Positions 19,210-28,263 of a stretch of DNA of 54,496 nt are shown here, in pieces. The translations under genes were made by a program, and so were the position numbers. Numbering within the stretch: the stretch's first letter is position 1; every line of letters begins with the position of its first letter. The DNA is from Candidatus Woesebacteria bacterium RIFCSPLOWO2_01_FULL_39_23 (GTDB lineage: Bacteria; Patescibacteriota; Microgenomatia; UBA8517). A model generated the notes under the pieces. The model saw nothing but the letters and a program-made list of their open reading frames with translations. It was not told where the DNA came from and did not search any database. The DNA is taken from assembly GCA_001793095.1 (NCBI GenBank), contig MGHG01000015.1, forward strand, positions 1 through 54,496, given 5' to 3'.

Positions 19210-21579
19210 ATGAAAACCGGTTGTACATTTAAACTCTTCTTATTTTTATTTTCATTCGGATTAATACTATTAAAATCATCAAGCCCTGCTGCAGCACAAT
19301 CCTGTACTGATAGCGACGGACTGGATCCTTTTCAAAAGGGTAGTGTTCAAACATCGAATGAAACTGTCAGCGATTATTGTATTGCTGATAACACGGTAGT
19401 TGAATTTTATTGTGACAATGTTACGCGAAGATCGCTTAATGCTGGCTGTGGGGCTGAAGTTGATACTACACTTTGTTTTAACGGCGAATGCTGTGGTTGG
19501 ACTAATGCACTGTGTACAGAGGACAGTGATTGTTGCGTAAATTTAACTTGTCAAAGTGGAGTGTGTCGTCCACCGGAGAATAATATTGTTCTTGTTGAAG
19601 CATATGGACGGAGTTGTTATTCCTATTGCCAAGGATTGGGTTTTTCGCATTGCGTGAGCGTAGGAACGGATCCCGAGGCTTCAAACGGAATGGTTTATCA
19701 CTACGGTTTCCAGCAAAATGCATGTGAATTGTATTCGGATTACCGCGCATCATGCAATACCGTACTTTATGATAATTTATATTCCTGCGGTGGTCGTGAA
19801 GCGGATTGGGCATATTGTAACTGCGGTGGTTCCATTCCTTTCCCGACACCAACATTAACACCGACACCGACTTTAACTCCCACTCCTTCTCCGATTCCTA
19901 CACCGCTTCCGACTATACTACCACCGCTTTCATTTCTCGACTTGCCTTGGGATTATGCAAGTAAGGGAAAAACCTTTAGTGAAGCTGCTTTAGCTATTAA
20001 CTCTTATTTCGATCACGAATATCCGTTATTAAGTACAATTTTAGTAGAATCCCCTGAATCGAGAGACAACTTGACTACTTTTAGAGGAGAGTTTAGGTCT
20101 GCGCTTAAATATTCTTCTCATGATGGTTATGATTACGGAAGCAAAGCCGGGACAAAAAAAGACGAACCTATACTTGCCCCATTTAGCGGTTACGCGATTT
20201 ATAAAAATGATTGTGGTGCGTGCGGTAATGCAATACTCATAGATCACGATAATCATTATCAAACCAGGTATTATCATTTGCAGAAAGAAGGTTTGGTGAC
20301 AAATAGTACTACTTCAGCTGTGTTTGTCAATAAAGGCCAACAACTAGGTAAAGTTGGCTATTCGGGCAATGTCTCTCCGGCCGGTGAGAAAGGGGCACAT
20401 CTGCATTTTATGATTATTGAAGATAAAAATCGTGATGGGAATTTTGAAGATAATATTCCTGACGGAATTACGGATCCCTTCGGCTGGCAAAGTGCAGAAA
20501 TTGATCCCTGGCCAATTTATAATTTTACGTATAAAGGAATACAACGGACGGGGAATTTCAGTAATTACCTTTTTATAAAACCCATCGCTAATTTATCAAA
20601 AGAATTTACTGCCAACGGTGGTTTTTTTGATCTTGAACATCTAAGTCTTACGTTTCCTGAAGGTGCCAGGGATAGTACTTACATTGTAGATGCAGCTTAT
20701 GCACCGATTGCTAGATACTCTACAGAAATAGAATCTATTGATGCAAACTTTTTAATTACAGCAAAAGATACTCTAGGTAATCTGATCTCAACTTTTTTTA
20801 AACCCTTTACAATTACAATTGATTTCAGTACAAGTATACTATCGAATTATAAAGCCGGAACATTTTCAATGTACTCAAGTGAGGATGGAGTAAGTTGGAA
20901 TAAAGAAAATACCGTAGTTGATATGACAACTAAAAAAGCAACAACTGAAGTGAATCATATGAGTTATTTTTCTTTAATGGCGGAGAGGATTGATACGACA
21001 CCCCCCATTACGGAAGCACTATTAATTGGAGAAAAAGGTGAGGATGGTTGGTATAGAAGCGATGTTAATCTGATATTACTTACTCAGGATGGAGAAGGTT
21101 TGGGGGTAGATTATACCTTGTACAGAATAGTAGATGATGATTGGGGTGAATATAAAGAACCAATAATATTTACAGAAGAGGGAGAATATAAAGTAGAATT
21201 TTATTCTGTTGATAAGGATGAGAATATTGAAGAAACAAGGCTGGTAGAATTTAATATAGATAAGACATTTCCAGCGCTTACTCTCTTAGTAGAACCGTTG
21301 ATACTTTGGCCGCCGGATGGAAAAACGATAGATATAAATATTTCAGGAAGTGTTATTGATAATTACTTTAAAAATGTAGTTTTTACAGTGGAAGATGAGT
21401 ATAATGAAATTGAGCCAATAATTGCCAACTTTGGTGATATTATAAAACTTGAAGCAAGCAGAAAGGGGAAAGATTTGGACGGCAGGAAGTATGAGATAAA
21501 GGTCGACGCATTCGATTTAGCCGGAAATTCGTCTGCATCGGGTGCAGCAGTATTAGTGCCGCATGATCAAAGTAACTAA
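19210..21579 (+). CDS. Secreted multidomain M23 metallopeptidase
   Basis: Signal peptide, Cys-rich N-terminus, PT linker, M23 motifs HDGYD, YYHL, VGYSG, HLHF, then C-terminal beta-sandwich-like domains. Confidence 0.8.
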   Translation: MKTGCTFKLFLFLFSFGLILLKSSSPAAAQSCTDSDGLDPFQKGSVQTSNETVSDYCIADNTVVEFYCDNVTRRSLNAGCGAEVDTTLCFNGECCGWTNALCTEDSDCCVNLTCQSGVCRPPENNIVLVEAYGRSCYSYCQGLGFSHCVSVGTDPEASNGMVYHYGFQQNACELYSDYRASCNTVLYDNLYSCGGREADWAYCNCGGSIPFPTPTLTPTPTLTPTPSPIPTPLPTILPPLSFLDLPWDYASKGKTFSEAALAINSYFDHEYPLLSTILVESPESRDNLTTFRGEFRSALKYSSHDGYDYGSKAGTKKDEPILAPFSGYAIYKNDCGACGNAILIDHDNHYQTRYYHLQKEGLVTNSTTSAVFVNKGQQLGKVGYSGNVSPAGEKGAHLHFMIIEDKNRDGNFEDNIPDGITDPFGWQSAEIDPWPIYNFTYKGIQRTGNFSNYLFIKPIANLSKEFTANGGFFDLEHLSLTFPEGARDSTYIVDAAYAPIARYSTEIESIDANFLITAKDTLGNLISTFFKPFTITIDFSTSILSNYKAGTFSMYSSEDGVSWNKENTVVDMTTKKATTEVNHMSYFSLMAERIDTTPPITEALLIGEKGEDGWYRSDVNLILLTQDGEGLGVDYTLYRIVDDDWGEYKEPIIFTEEGEYKVEFYSVDKDENIEETRLVEFNIDKTFPALTLLVEPLILWPPDGKTIDINISGSVIDNYFKNVVFTVEDEYNEIEPIIANFGDIIKLEASRKGKDLDGRKYEIKVDAFDLAGNSSASGAAVLVPHDQSN

Positions 21580-22084
21580 AAATAATAAATCTCTATTATT
21601 TGGTTTGGTAATCCTACTGTTAATAGTCGTTTGGGTTTACCTTACAAGAGCTAACAAACCAACGGTAAGTACAGTATTTACTACTAGTCCTACTCCTATT
21701 TCTACTAGTCAGAACCTGAAAACTTTTAAGTCATCAGAGATAATGGATTTTACAATTGAGACGCCACGAGATTACCAGGTGGTAGAAAAATATGGCTTAG
21801 CAACTTTAACGTCGTCGAAAGGTAAAATAATAATTTCCCAGAACGCAACAAACTACGACAATTTGTCTGATTTTTTAAAAGATAATCGAGGCACTTCATA
21901 TACTAATATAACTAATAAAAGATATTTAAATATAAATAATTTAGAAAGTGTTAGTGGTTTTATTGGTGAAGAGAAAATTTACTTCATTTATGTAGATTAT
22001 ACCGTTTATTTGATTAGCTCTAAAACAGGAGCTCTTTTCTCCGATCTTGATCAAATCGCCCAATCCTTCCGCTACACTCCGTAG
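21563..22084 (+). CDS. Hypothetical membrane-anchored protein (PsbP-like pattern)
   Basis: N-terminal TM, F.I..P..Y motif, ends DQIAQSFRY. Confidence 0.55.
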   Translation: MIKVTKNNKSLLFGLVILLLIVVWVYLTRANKPTVSTVFTTSPTPISTSQNLKTFKSSEIMDFTIETPRDYQVVEKYGLATLTSSKGKIIISQNATNYDNLSDFLKDNRGTSYTNITNKRYLNINNLESVSGFIGEEKIYFIYVDYTVYLISSKTGALFSDLDQIAQSFRYTP

Positions 22085-22132
22085 TGTAACTATCTTACAA
22101 AGATATAATTTAGTGGATGATTTTGTACTTTA

Positions 22133-22216
22133 CACTACATCACTACGTAGTGATGTAGTGAACATAAAAATATGAATCGGGAAGATAAAATCTACATCTC
22201 AACGTTGAGATGTAGA
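22133..22216. repeat. Two related perfect palindromes
   Basis: CACTACATCACTAC|GTAGTGATGTAGTG (22133-22160) and TCTACATCTCAAC|GTTGAGATGTAGA (22191-22216). Confidence 0.9.
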
Positions 22217-22375
22217 AAACTTTGAGATTGCAAGAAGTGATAAGGGTTTGGATGTAGGAGTATTTGATTTCGGTGGGGGTAAAAAGATATAATTCAATAC
22301 AGTAACAATTAAGCCCGAGAGAATGAACATTTTACCTTACGTAAACTTTAACCTTTACTAACTCCAATTCCGTCT

Positions 22376-23422
22376 ATGCTTCTTTTTAATAAAAAACACA
22401 TTAAAGAAATCGACGGACACAACTTAATAGCATACATAAGTGATAAAAAAGTTGGGCTTGAAGGGTATATTGCGATCCATAGAAAAAATTCCTCACATCC
22501 ATCTTTTGGTGCAACTCGTCTTTGGAACTATTCATTAAATGACGATGCAATAAAAGAGGCTCTCAGACTCTCGAGGGCGATGTCTTATAAATCAGCTCTG
22601 GCAGGTTTACCTTGCGGAGGAGGAAAAGCCGTTCTGATGTCTAAAAAAGATGCGTTCACTCATAGAAAAGAATATTTAAAATCTTATGCTAAAAAAGTAA
22701 ATTTGCTGGGTGGAAATTTTATAACCGGGTCGGACGTTGGGATAACCAGAGACGATGTGATGTTGATGAGAAAAGTAAGCCCGTATTTTGTCGGTGTAAA
22801 AACCAATCCGGAGAAATTTACTGCAATGGGCCTTTTATATGGATTGGAAACTTGCCTTTTAAGTGTTTTTGGTTCGGAAGATTTAGCCAATCGATCGTTT
22901 GCCATTCAAGGGGTAGGGAAGATTGGTACCGAATTTTTGAAACTGATTTATTCTAAGGCCAAGGAAATTTATGTTGCAGATATAGATACACTTAGAGTCG
23001 GGGAGATTAAAAAGATGTTTCCGGGCGTAATAGTAGTAACTCCACAGGAAATTCATAAAGTTGCGGTTGATATTTTTTCTCCTTGTGCATTAAGTAATTG
23101 TATCAACCATCGTAATGTTGCCGAGCTAAAGTGTAAGGCAATTGTGGGTGGAGCGAATAATCAGTTGGAAAATTCAAGTATAGGGAGTTTATTGCATAGA
23201 ATTGGAATAGTGTATGCGCCTGATTATGTTGTTAACGCGGGGGGACTAATTAGTGTTTACGATGAATATGAATACGGTAATACAAGAGTAAAAAGAGTTG
23301 AGGAGAGAATTCATAATATCAAAAAAACTTTGAAAAAGATATTAGACGAAAGCAAAAGGGAGAAAGTTCCTACAAATATTGTCGCCGACACAATGGCAAA
23401 AGAGATAATTGCGAGTTATTGA
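22376..23422 (+). CDS. Glu/Leu/Phe/Val dehydrogenase (leucine dehydrogenase-like)
   Basis: ALRLSRAMSYK, GGGKAV, DVG, IQGVGKIG, FSPCAL, GGANNQL, YAPDYVVNAGG. Confidence 0.92.
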   Translation: MLLFNKKHIKEIDGHNLIAYISDKKVGLEGYIAIHRKNSSHPSFGATRLWNYSLNDDAIKEALRLSRAMSYKSALAGLPCGGGKAVLMSKKDAFTHRKEYLKSYAKKVNLLGGNFITGSDVGITRDDVMLMRKVSPYFVGVKTNPEKFTAMGLLYGLETCLLSVFGSEDLANRSFAIQGVGKIGTEFLKLIYSKAKEIYVADIDTLRVGEIKKMFPGVIVVTPQEIHKVAVDIFSPCALSNCINHRNVAELKCKAIVGGANNQLENSSIGSLLHRIGIVYAPDYVVNAGGLISVYDEYEYGNTRVKRVEERIHNIKKTLKKILDESKREKVPTNIVADTMAKEIIASY

Positions 23423-23433
23423 TTTAATAATAA

Positions 23434-23895
23434 TTAATCGGATGGTGGAGGATAGTCAGGATATGCTTCAATTCTAGATATTATAGGTTCTGTTGCATTT
23501 GTAACAATAGTTTCAAAATAAAAGACTTGTCCAATTTTCAGATTAATAGGACCGCCCCTTAAAGATGTATAAGTATCCGTTAATACAAAAATAGACTTTT
23601 TGTTTAAATTCATATCACTGGCAGTTGGGGGCGTGTTTGCTTCATTTCCGACTACACGTATATTAAATCTAATGGAATCGACATCTTTAAAACCTATACC
23701 TAATCCTGTTAATACATTTCCTTTGCCTTCAAGTACATCAGGGAAATGTGGATCCTTAAATACGACATCATCACTTAAGATTTCTCCTAATGTATTAAAA
23801 TCTTTTAAAGATATTAAATCGAACGATTTAACAGCAATCTCTTCAGATGGTGTATATTTACGTTTCTCTCCTGAAATATCATTTTCCGTCGTCAT
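23434..23895 (-). CDS. SnoaL/NTF2-like protein
   Basis: LSDDVVFKDP..EG pattern and final ISRIEAY strand. Confidence 0.65.
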   Translation of the reverse strand: MTTENDISGEKRKYTPSEEIAVKSFDLISLKDFNTLGEILSDDVVFKDPHFPDVLEGKGNVLTGLGIGFKDVDSIRFNIRVVGNEANTPPTASDMNLNKKSIFVLTDTYTSLRGGPINLKIGQVFYFETIVTNATEPIISRIEAYPDYPPPSD

Positions 23896-23972
23896 GTCTA
23901 GTGAAGTATATGGTGGTTGATGGTATTTTACAAATAAATTGCTTCAGGATAAAATGAATATTACTTATATAA

Positions 23973-25136
23973 ATGAAAAAACGAGCTTTCACTTTTCTTT
24001 TTATAACTGTCTTTATAGATTTTTTATCTTTCGGTATAATTTTTCCTCTTCTTCCTTACTATGTTGAAAGTTTTGGCGCTTCAGCATTAACGATCGGACT
24101 TATTGCGGGCTCGTTTTCGTTTATGCAGTTTATTTTTTCACCCGTTTGGGGAAGAATTTCAGATAAAGTAGGACGGAAACCTATAATTTTAATCAGTTTG
24201 TTGGGGACGAGTATTTCACTTGTAGGTTTCGCTCTTGCCCCAAGTATTTTTTGGTTGTTTGCGACCCGAATATTAGCTGGGTTTTTTACAGCGGCATCTC
24301 TTCCGACAACGTATGCTTATGTGGCTGATTTAACCGCAGAAAAAGAGAGAGCAGAAAAATTCGGAATGTTGGGGGCTGCATGGGGATTAGGTTTTGTGTT
24401 CGGGCCTGCATTTGGCGGAATATTAAGCAAAATTTCTCCAGCTACACCTTTTTTTGTGGCTGCCGGAATTGCTTTTATTAATTTCTTATTAACGACAGTT
24501 TTTCTTCCGCAGTCAAAACCAAAGGAATCTCTAGAAATAGTTAGCAAAGGTCGTTTATTCGATTTAGCAAGAGTTACTAAACATTTGCAGGGTGACGTCG
24601 GGAATTTATTTATTATCTTTTTTATAGTTGCTTTTGCGCTGTCAGGTCTGGAAATAGTTTTTCCTCTTTTTGCAAAGGAAAAATTCAATTTTAACGAAAC
24701 TAATATCGGTTTTTTCTTTACATTAATTGGTGTTGTAGTAGGAGTTACTCAAGGAGTATTGGTCGGAAAGGCAGTAAAACGTTTTGGGGAGTTTAAAACT
24801 ATCACTATTGCACATGTTTGTATGATTGTAGGTTATTCTGCGTTAAGTCTGTCTCCAAACTTGGTTTTTTTAGTCTTATCCGCAATAATTCTGGCAGCCG
24901 GAATTGCACTCAACGAGCCTTCTCTTGCCGCATTAATCAGTCAAAGAAGTAAAGAGGCTCAAGGCACAACACTCGGAGCAACGTGGTCTTTTGATTCTTT
25001 GGCACGTATTATTGGACCTGCTTTTGCGGGGTTTTTATTCGGTAGTGTTTCTTCCCGAGCTCCCTTTTTCAGTAATTCGCTAATGTTAATATTTTCGATT
25101 TATGTTTTAAAGATTTATGCTTCAAAAGAAAGATAA
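23973..25136 (+). CDS. MFS efflux transporter (TetA-like DHA1)
   Basis: 12 TM; motif A WGRISDKVGRKP, motif C GFVFGPAFGG. Confidence 0.92.
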   Translation: MKKRAFTFLFITVFIDFLSFGIIFPLLPYYVESFGASALTIGLIAGSFSFMQFIFSPVWGRISDKVGRKPIILISLLGTSISLVGFALAPSIFWLFATRILAGFFTAASLPTTYAYVADLTAEKERAEKFGMLGAAWGLGFVFGPAFGGILSKISPATPFFVAAGIAFINFLLTTVFLPQSKPKESLEIVSKGRLFDLARVTKHLQGDVGNLFIIFFIVAFALSGLEIVFPLFAKEKFNFNETNIGFFFTLIGVVVGVTQGVLVGKAVKRFGEFKTITIAHVCMIVGYSALSLSPNLVFLVLSAIILAAGIALNEPSLAALISQRSKEAQGTTLGATWSFDSLARIIGPAFAGFLFGSVSSRAPFFSNSLMLIFSIYVLKIYASKER

Positions 25137-25140
25137 AAAG

Positions 25141-25926
25141 ATGATAGATTATAAAACCCTGTTCTCCAGAAATATAGGAATTTTAAAAGAAGAAGAACAG
25201 GAAAAAATAAAAAATACCAAGGTGGCAATTTTAGGATGCGGTGGTGGAAGTGAAATAGCTCGGCAAATGGTACAATCTGGTTTTGTAAGCCTTAAATTGG
25301 CAGACATGGATACGGTTGCACCGCATAATCTAAATCGACAATTTTACTTTCAGAAAGATATAGGTAAAAAGAAGACACACGCGCTTGATGAAAATTTACG
25401 TATGATAAATCCTAATATAACAACAGAGATTTTAGATCAAGGAGTTAATACTAATAACATAGAAGAGATTGTATATAAAAGTGATTTGATAATTGATGCA
25501 ATTCCTCAGGACACTGCTCTAAGAGAGGAAATGTTATTAGCTAGGGAAGTGAGAAAGAGTAATAATAAATATCTTTTATATTTTATGGATATTGTGTGGG
25601 GTGCAAAAGCTTTAATATTTTCAAAAACTAGTCAAACACTTGAGGAATTTTATGGTTTAGAACCAAATTGTGAACTTTATAAGCTCGATAAATTGAGTAT
25701 AGAAAAGCGTTTCAGTTCTTATTTGGAGAATGCATCGAGTGACATGATTCGAGTTGGGAACATGATGTATAAACGTGAACTAAATTATTACCCACAAATG
25801 GCTCTGACTGTTTCACTTGCCGGATCTGTTGTTGCAACAATGTGTATTTTTCTTATTATGGGAAAGAAAATACCTCTTGCACCTTTCATATATCACATCG
25901 ATTATTATAAAGATCTGGTTGAATAG
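25141..25926 (+). CDS. ThiF/E1-like adenylyltransferase
   Basis: FSRNIG, KVAILGCGGG, LADMDTV..HNLNRQ, DIGKKK, INP; no zinc CxxC pairs. Confidence 0.88.
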   Translation: MIDYKTLFSRNIGILKEEEQEKIKNTKVAILGCGGGSEIARQMVQSGFVSLKLADMDTVAPHNLNRQFYFQKDIGKKKTHALDENLRMINPNITTEILDQGVNTNNIEEIVYKSDLIIDAIPQDTALREEMLLAREVRKSNNKYLLYFMDIVWGAKALIFSKTSQTLEEFYGLEPNCELYKLDKLSIEKRFSSYLENASSDMIRVGNMMYKRELNYYPQMALTVSLAGSVVATMCIFLIMGKKIPLAPFIYHIDYYKDLVE

Positions 25927-25930
25927 GTAT

Positions 25931-27460
25931 ATGACTAACAGTTACATTACGCCCTCCGACTTCGAGAATCCCCGAAAGATATTAAAATGGTTACCTAAAC
26001 AAAGTGAAGAATATTGGCTTGAAGGCGTAAGAAATAACGCGTTTAAGGTTTTTGAGATATTAAGAGACAAAATTCCTTTTTATAAGGAATTTTTAAAGGA
26101 ACATGGTGTTGAAATCAATGATATAAAGAATTCCCAAGATATAGACATGCTTCCTGTCATGACTAAAGAAAATTATCTTAATAAATTTGGGTTGGAGGGA
26201 TTGTTGAATGGTAAAGTTGAAGATATAAAAAGTTTTTATATGAGTTCGGGATCCAGTGGTAAACCTGGTGTATGGCCCAGGCTTGAACAATCGAATTTAG
26301 CCTACGCTATTTTTGTTAATTTTTTCTACACTTTATATTGGGATATTGATGTTAAAAAAACATTATACATTTCCGCTATGGATTTGGGGATTTGGGCATC
26401 TGGAAATTTACAATTCCATGCTGCAACATACTGTGCTCATAGACATAGGTTTACTTTCGCTAATTCGGGGGCTGACTTTAGTTTCATTTATCATATTTTG
26501 AAAGAACTGGGTTCCTATTATGATCAGGTTATTATTGCTACTTATCCTTCATGGGCAAGACGAGTTTTAGATTATTTGCTAGACAAAAAGGATATAGATC
26601 TTAAAAAATTGAATATCAAGCTTATGTTAGGCGGAGAACCACATACGATAGAGTGGAGACAATTTATATTAAAAAAAATCGGTCATTCTGAAGATGGATT
26701 AACTGATGTGATGGATTATTATGGCACTAGTGATTCTGGTGGCCCCGGATCGAGCACTCTATTAAGTACGTTAATTCAAAACTTATGCGAAAAGGATAAT
26801 TTATTGTGTAATGATTTATTTGGACAGCCAATAGTTCCCTCATTGTTTCAGCAAAATCCCACCCTTTACGTAGAAGCCGTAAACGGAAATATTGTTATTA
26901 CATATCCCGGCCAGTTACCGCTATGTCGATATGATAGTGGGGATACTGGTGGAGTAATAAAGTTTTCAGAAGTTATAAAGAAACTTGAAAAACACGACTA
27001 CGACATAAATGGACTTATGTCTAAATATGGTTATAAAAACTTTATATGGAAATGGCCATTTGTATATTTAACTGGAAGGTATGACTTAGCGATAAATATT
27101 GGCGGGGCTATTGTCTATCCCAAAGATATAGAGGGATTATTTTTTGGAGATGAAACTAAAGAAATAAATAGCTTTAAACTTGCCGTTGAGTCAGGTGAAG
27201 ATCAAAAATATAGTTTTAAAGTTTATCTAGAGTTAAAACATAATATTATACTTTCTTCCAGTGAAAGGGAAAAATTGATAGAGAAGTATACGAAAATTAT
27301 ATTAAATAAACTAGTTGAATCCAATTTGGATTATGCTGCAGCCTATGATATGGATAAAGACTTAAGTAAGCCGGATGTTAATATTTGTAACTATCGAGAA
27401 CCACCTTTTGAGAGCGAAGAAATTAGACAAAAACCCCTTTTTGTTAAAAAATATAATTAA
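25931..27460 (+). CDS. Phenylacetate-CoA ligase-like (PaaK family) AMP-dependent ligase
   Basis: LPVMTK, SSGSSGKP P-loop, GGEP, YGTSD, RYDSGD, GR.D..INIGGAIVYP.DIE. Confidence 0.85.
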   Translation: MTNSYITPSDFENPRKILKWLPKQSEEYWLEGVRNNAFKVFEILRDKIPFYKEFLKEHGVEINDIKNSQDIDMLPVMTKENYLNKFGLEGLLNGKVEDIKSFYMSSGSSGKPGVWPRLEQSNLAYAIFVNFFYTLYWDIDVKKTLYISAMDLGIWASGNLQFHAATYCAHRHRFTFANSGADFSFIYHILKELGSYYDQVIIATYPSWARRVLDYLLDKKDIDLKKLNIKLMLGGEPHTIEWRQFILKKIGHSEDGLTDVMDYYGTSDSGGPGSSTLLSTLIQNLCEKDNLLCNDLFGQPIVPSLFQQNPTLYVEAVNGNIVITYPGQLPLCRYDSGDTGGVIKFSEVIKKLEKHDYDINGLMSKYGYKNFIWKWPFVYLTGRYDLAINIGGAIVYPKDIEGLFFGDETKEINSFKLAVESGEDQKYSFKVYLELKHNIILSSSEREKLIEKYTKIILNKLVESNLDYAAAYDMDKDLSKPDVNICNYREPPFESEEIRQKPLFVKKYN

Positions 27461-28105
27461 TCAACTTCTGGTAAACCTAGCAGTATAGAAGAAAAACCAG
27501 CCTTGAATATTTTGTTTAATAAATCCAGCTTTCTCGCAGAGTTTTACTGTTGCTGACTTAAATGCAAAGTCAGGATCCATAAAATATTCAGTTATTGCTA
27601 GTATTCCATTTGGTTTCAACACTCTCTTAATTTCAATTAACGCTTTAAGTGAGTTAGGAATTTCTTGAAGTACATCTATTAAATAGACTAAATCAAACGT
27701 ATTTGGTTTAAAAGGTAGTTTAGATGCATTGGCTTTTACAATTTTTATATTATTTAGGTTGTGAAATTCTTCTTTCTGTAATTTAGCTTTTAATTGAGCT
27801 AGCATTTCGTCTTGTAAATCTACAGCATATACTAAACCATTTTTACCTACGGCGCGGGCGGTATCTGTAGTATATGCACCGCTTCCGCAACCCAAATCTA
27901 ATACGGTCATTCCCTTAGTAATGCCCGATCTTTTCAAAATTAGCTCAGTTGGCTGTAATTTTTTTCTTAACCTGCTATCAAAAAACGGTCCGCCTTTTGG
28001 AGACGCTGGGACGGGATTTTTATGACGTTCCTGTCGAAATTTAAGCTCTTTGTAAAGTAATTTTGTTGCTATCGTGGCAAAAATAATTATTAGAACAATG
28101 TACAT
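27461..28105 (-). CDS. Class I SAM-dependent methyltransferase with N-terminal TM
   Basis: VLDLGCGSG, VYAVD, LPF..FDLV, RVLKPNG. Confidence 0.9.
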   Translation of the reverse strand: MYIVLIIIFATIATKLLYKELKFRQERHKNPVPASPKGGPFFDSRLRKKLQPTELILKRSGITKGMTVLDLGCGSGAYTTDTARAVGKNGLVYAVDLQDEMLAQLKAKLQKEEFHNLNNIKIVKANASKLPFKPNTFDLVYLIDVLQEIPNSLKALIEIKRVLKPNGILAITEYFMDPDFAFKSATVKLCEKAGFIKQNIQGWFFFYTARFTRS

Positions 28106-28263
28106 ACTATTGTTTAAAAGTATTCTAACATACTTATGGGGTCAATAAATAACTAACGAAAGTTATGTTTTTGTGGTGCAAAAGGAATAAAAAGAATGAA
28201 TTTTGTTTCAAATTATCAAAACACCTTCTTTTATTTCTGTAAAACATGTATTATTTATATTAA

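Noticed and set aside
19840-19925. Repetitive DNA in the M23 gene
   Set aside because: An ordinary Pro/Thr linker with variable codons.
25141-25926. ThiF protein as CBASS Cap2, or as ThiF/MoeB/MccB proper
   Set aside because: It lies about 26 kb from the CD-NTase and outside the element. It has no E2 or peptide-clamp domain, no neighbouring sulfur carrier and no Asn-terminated precursor seen.
27985-28015. Possible palindromic insertion (PASPKGG) in the methyltransferase
   Set aside because: The stem is weak, and I cannot show a length difference without an alignment.
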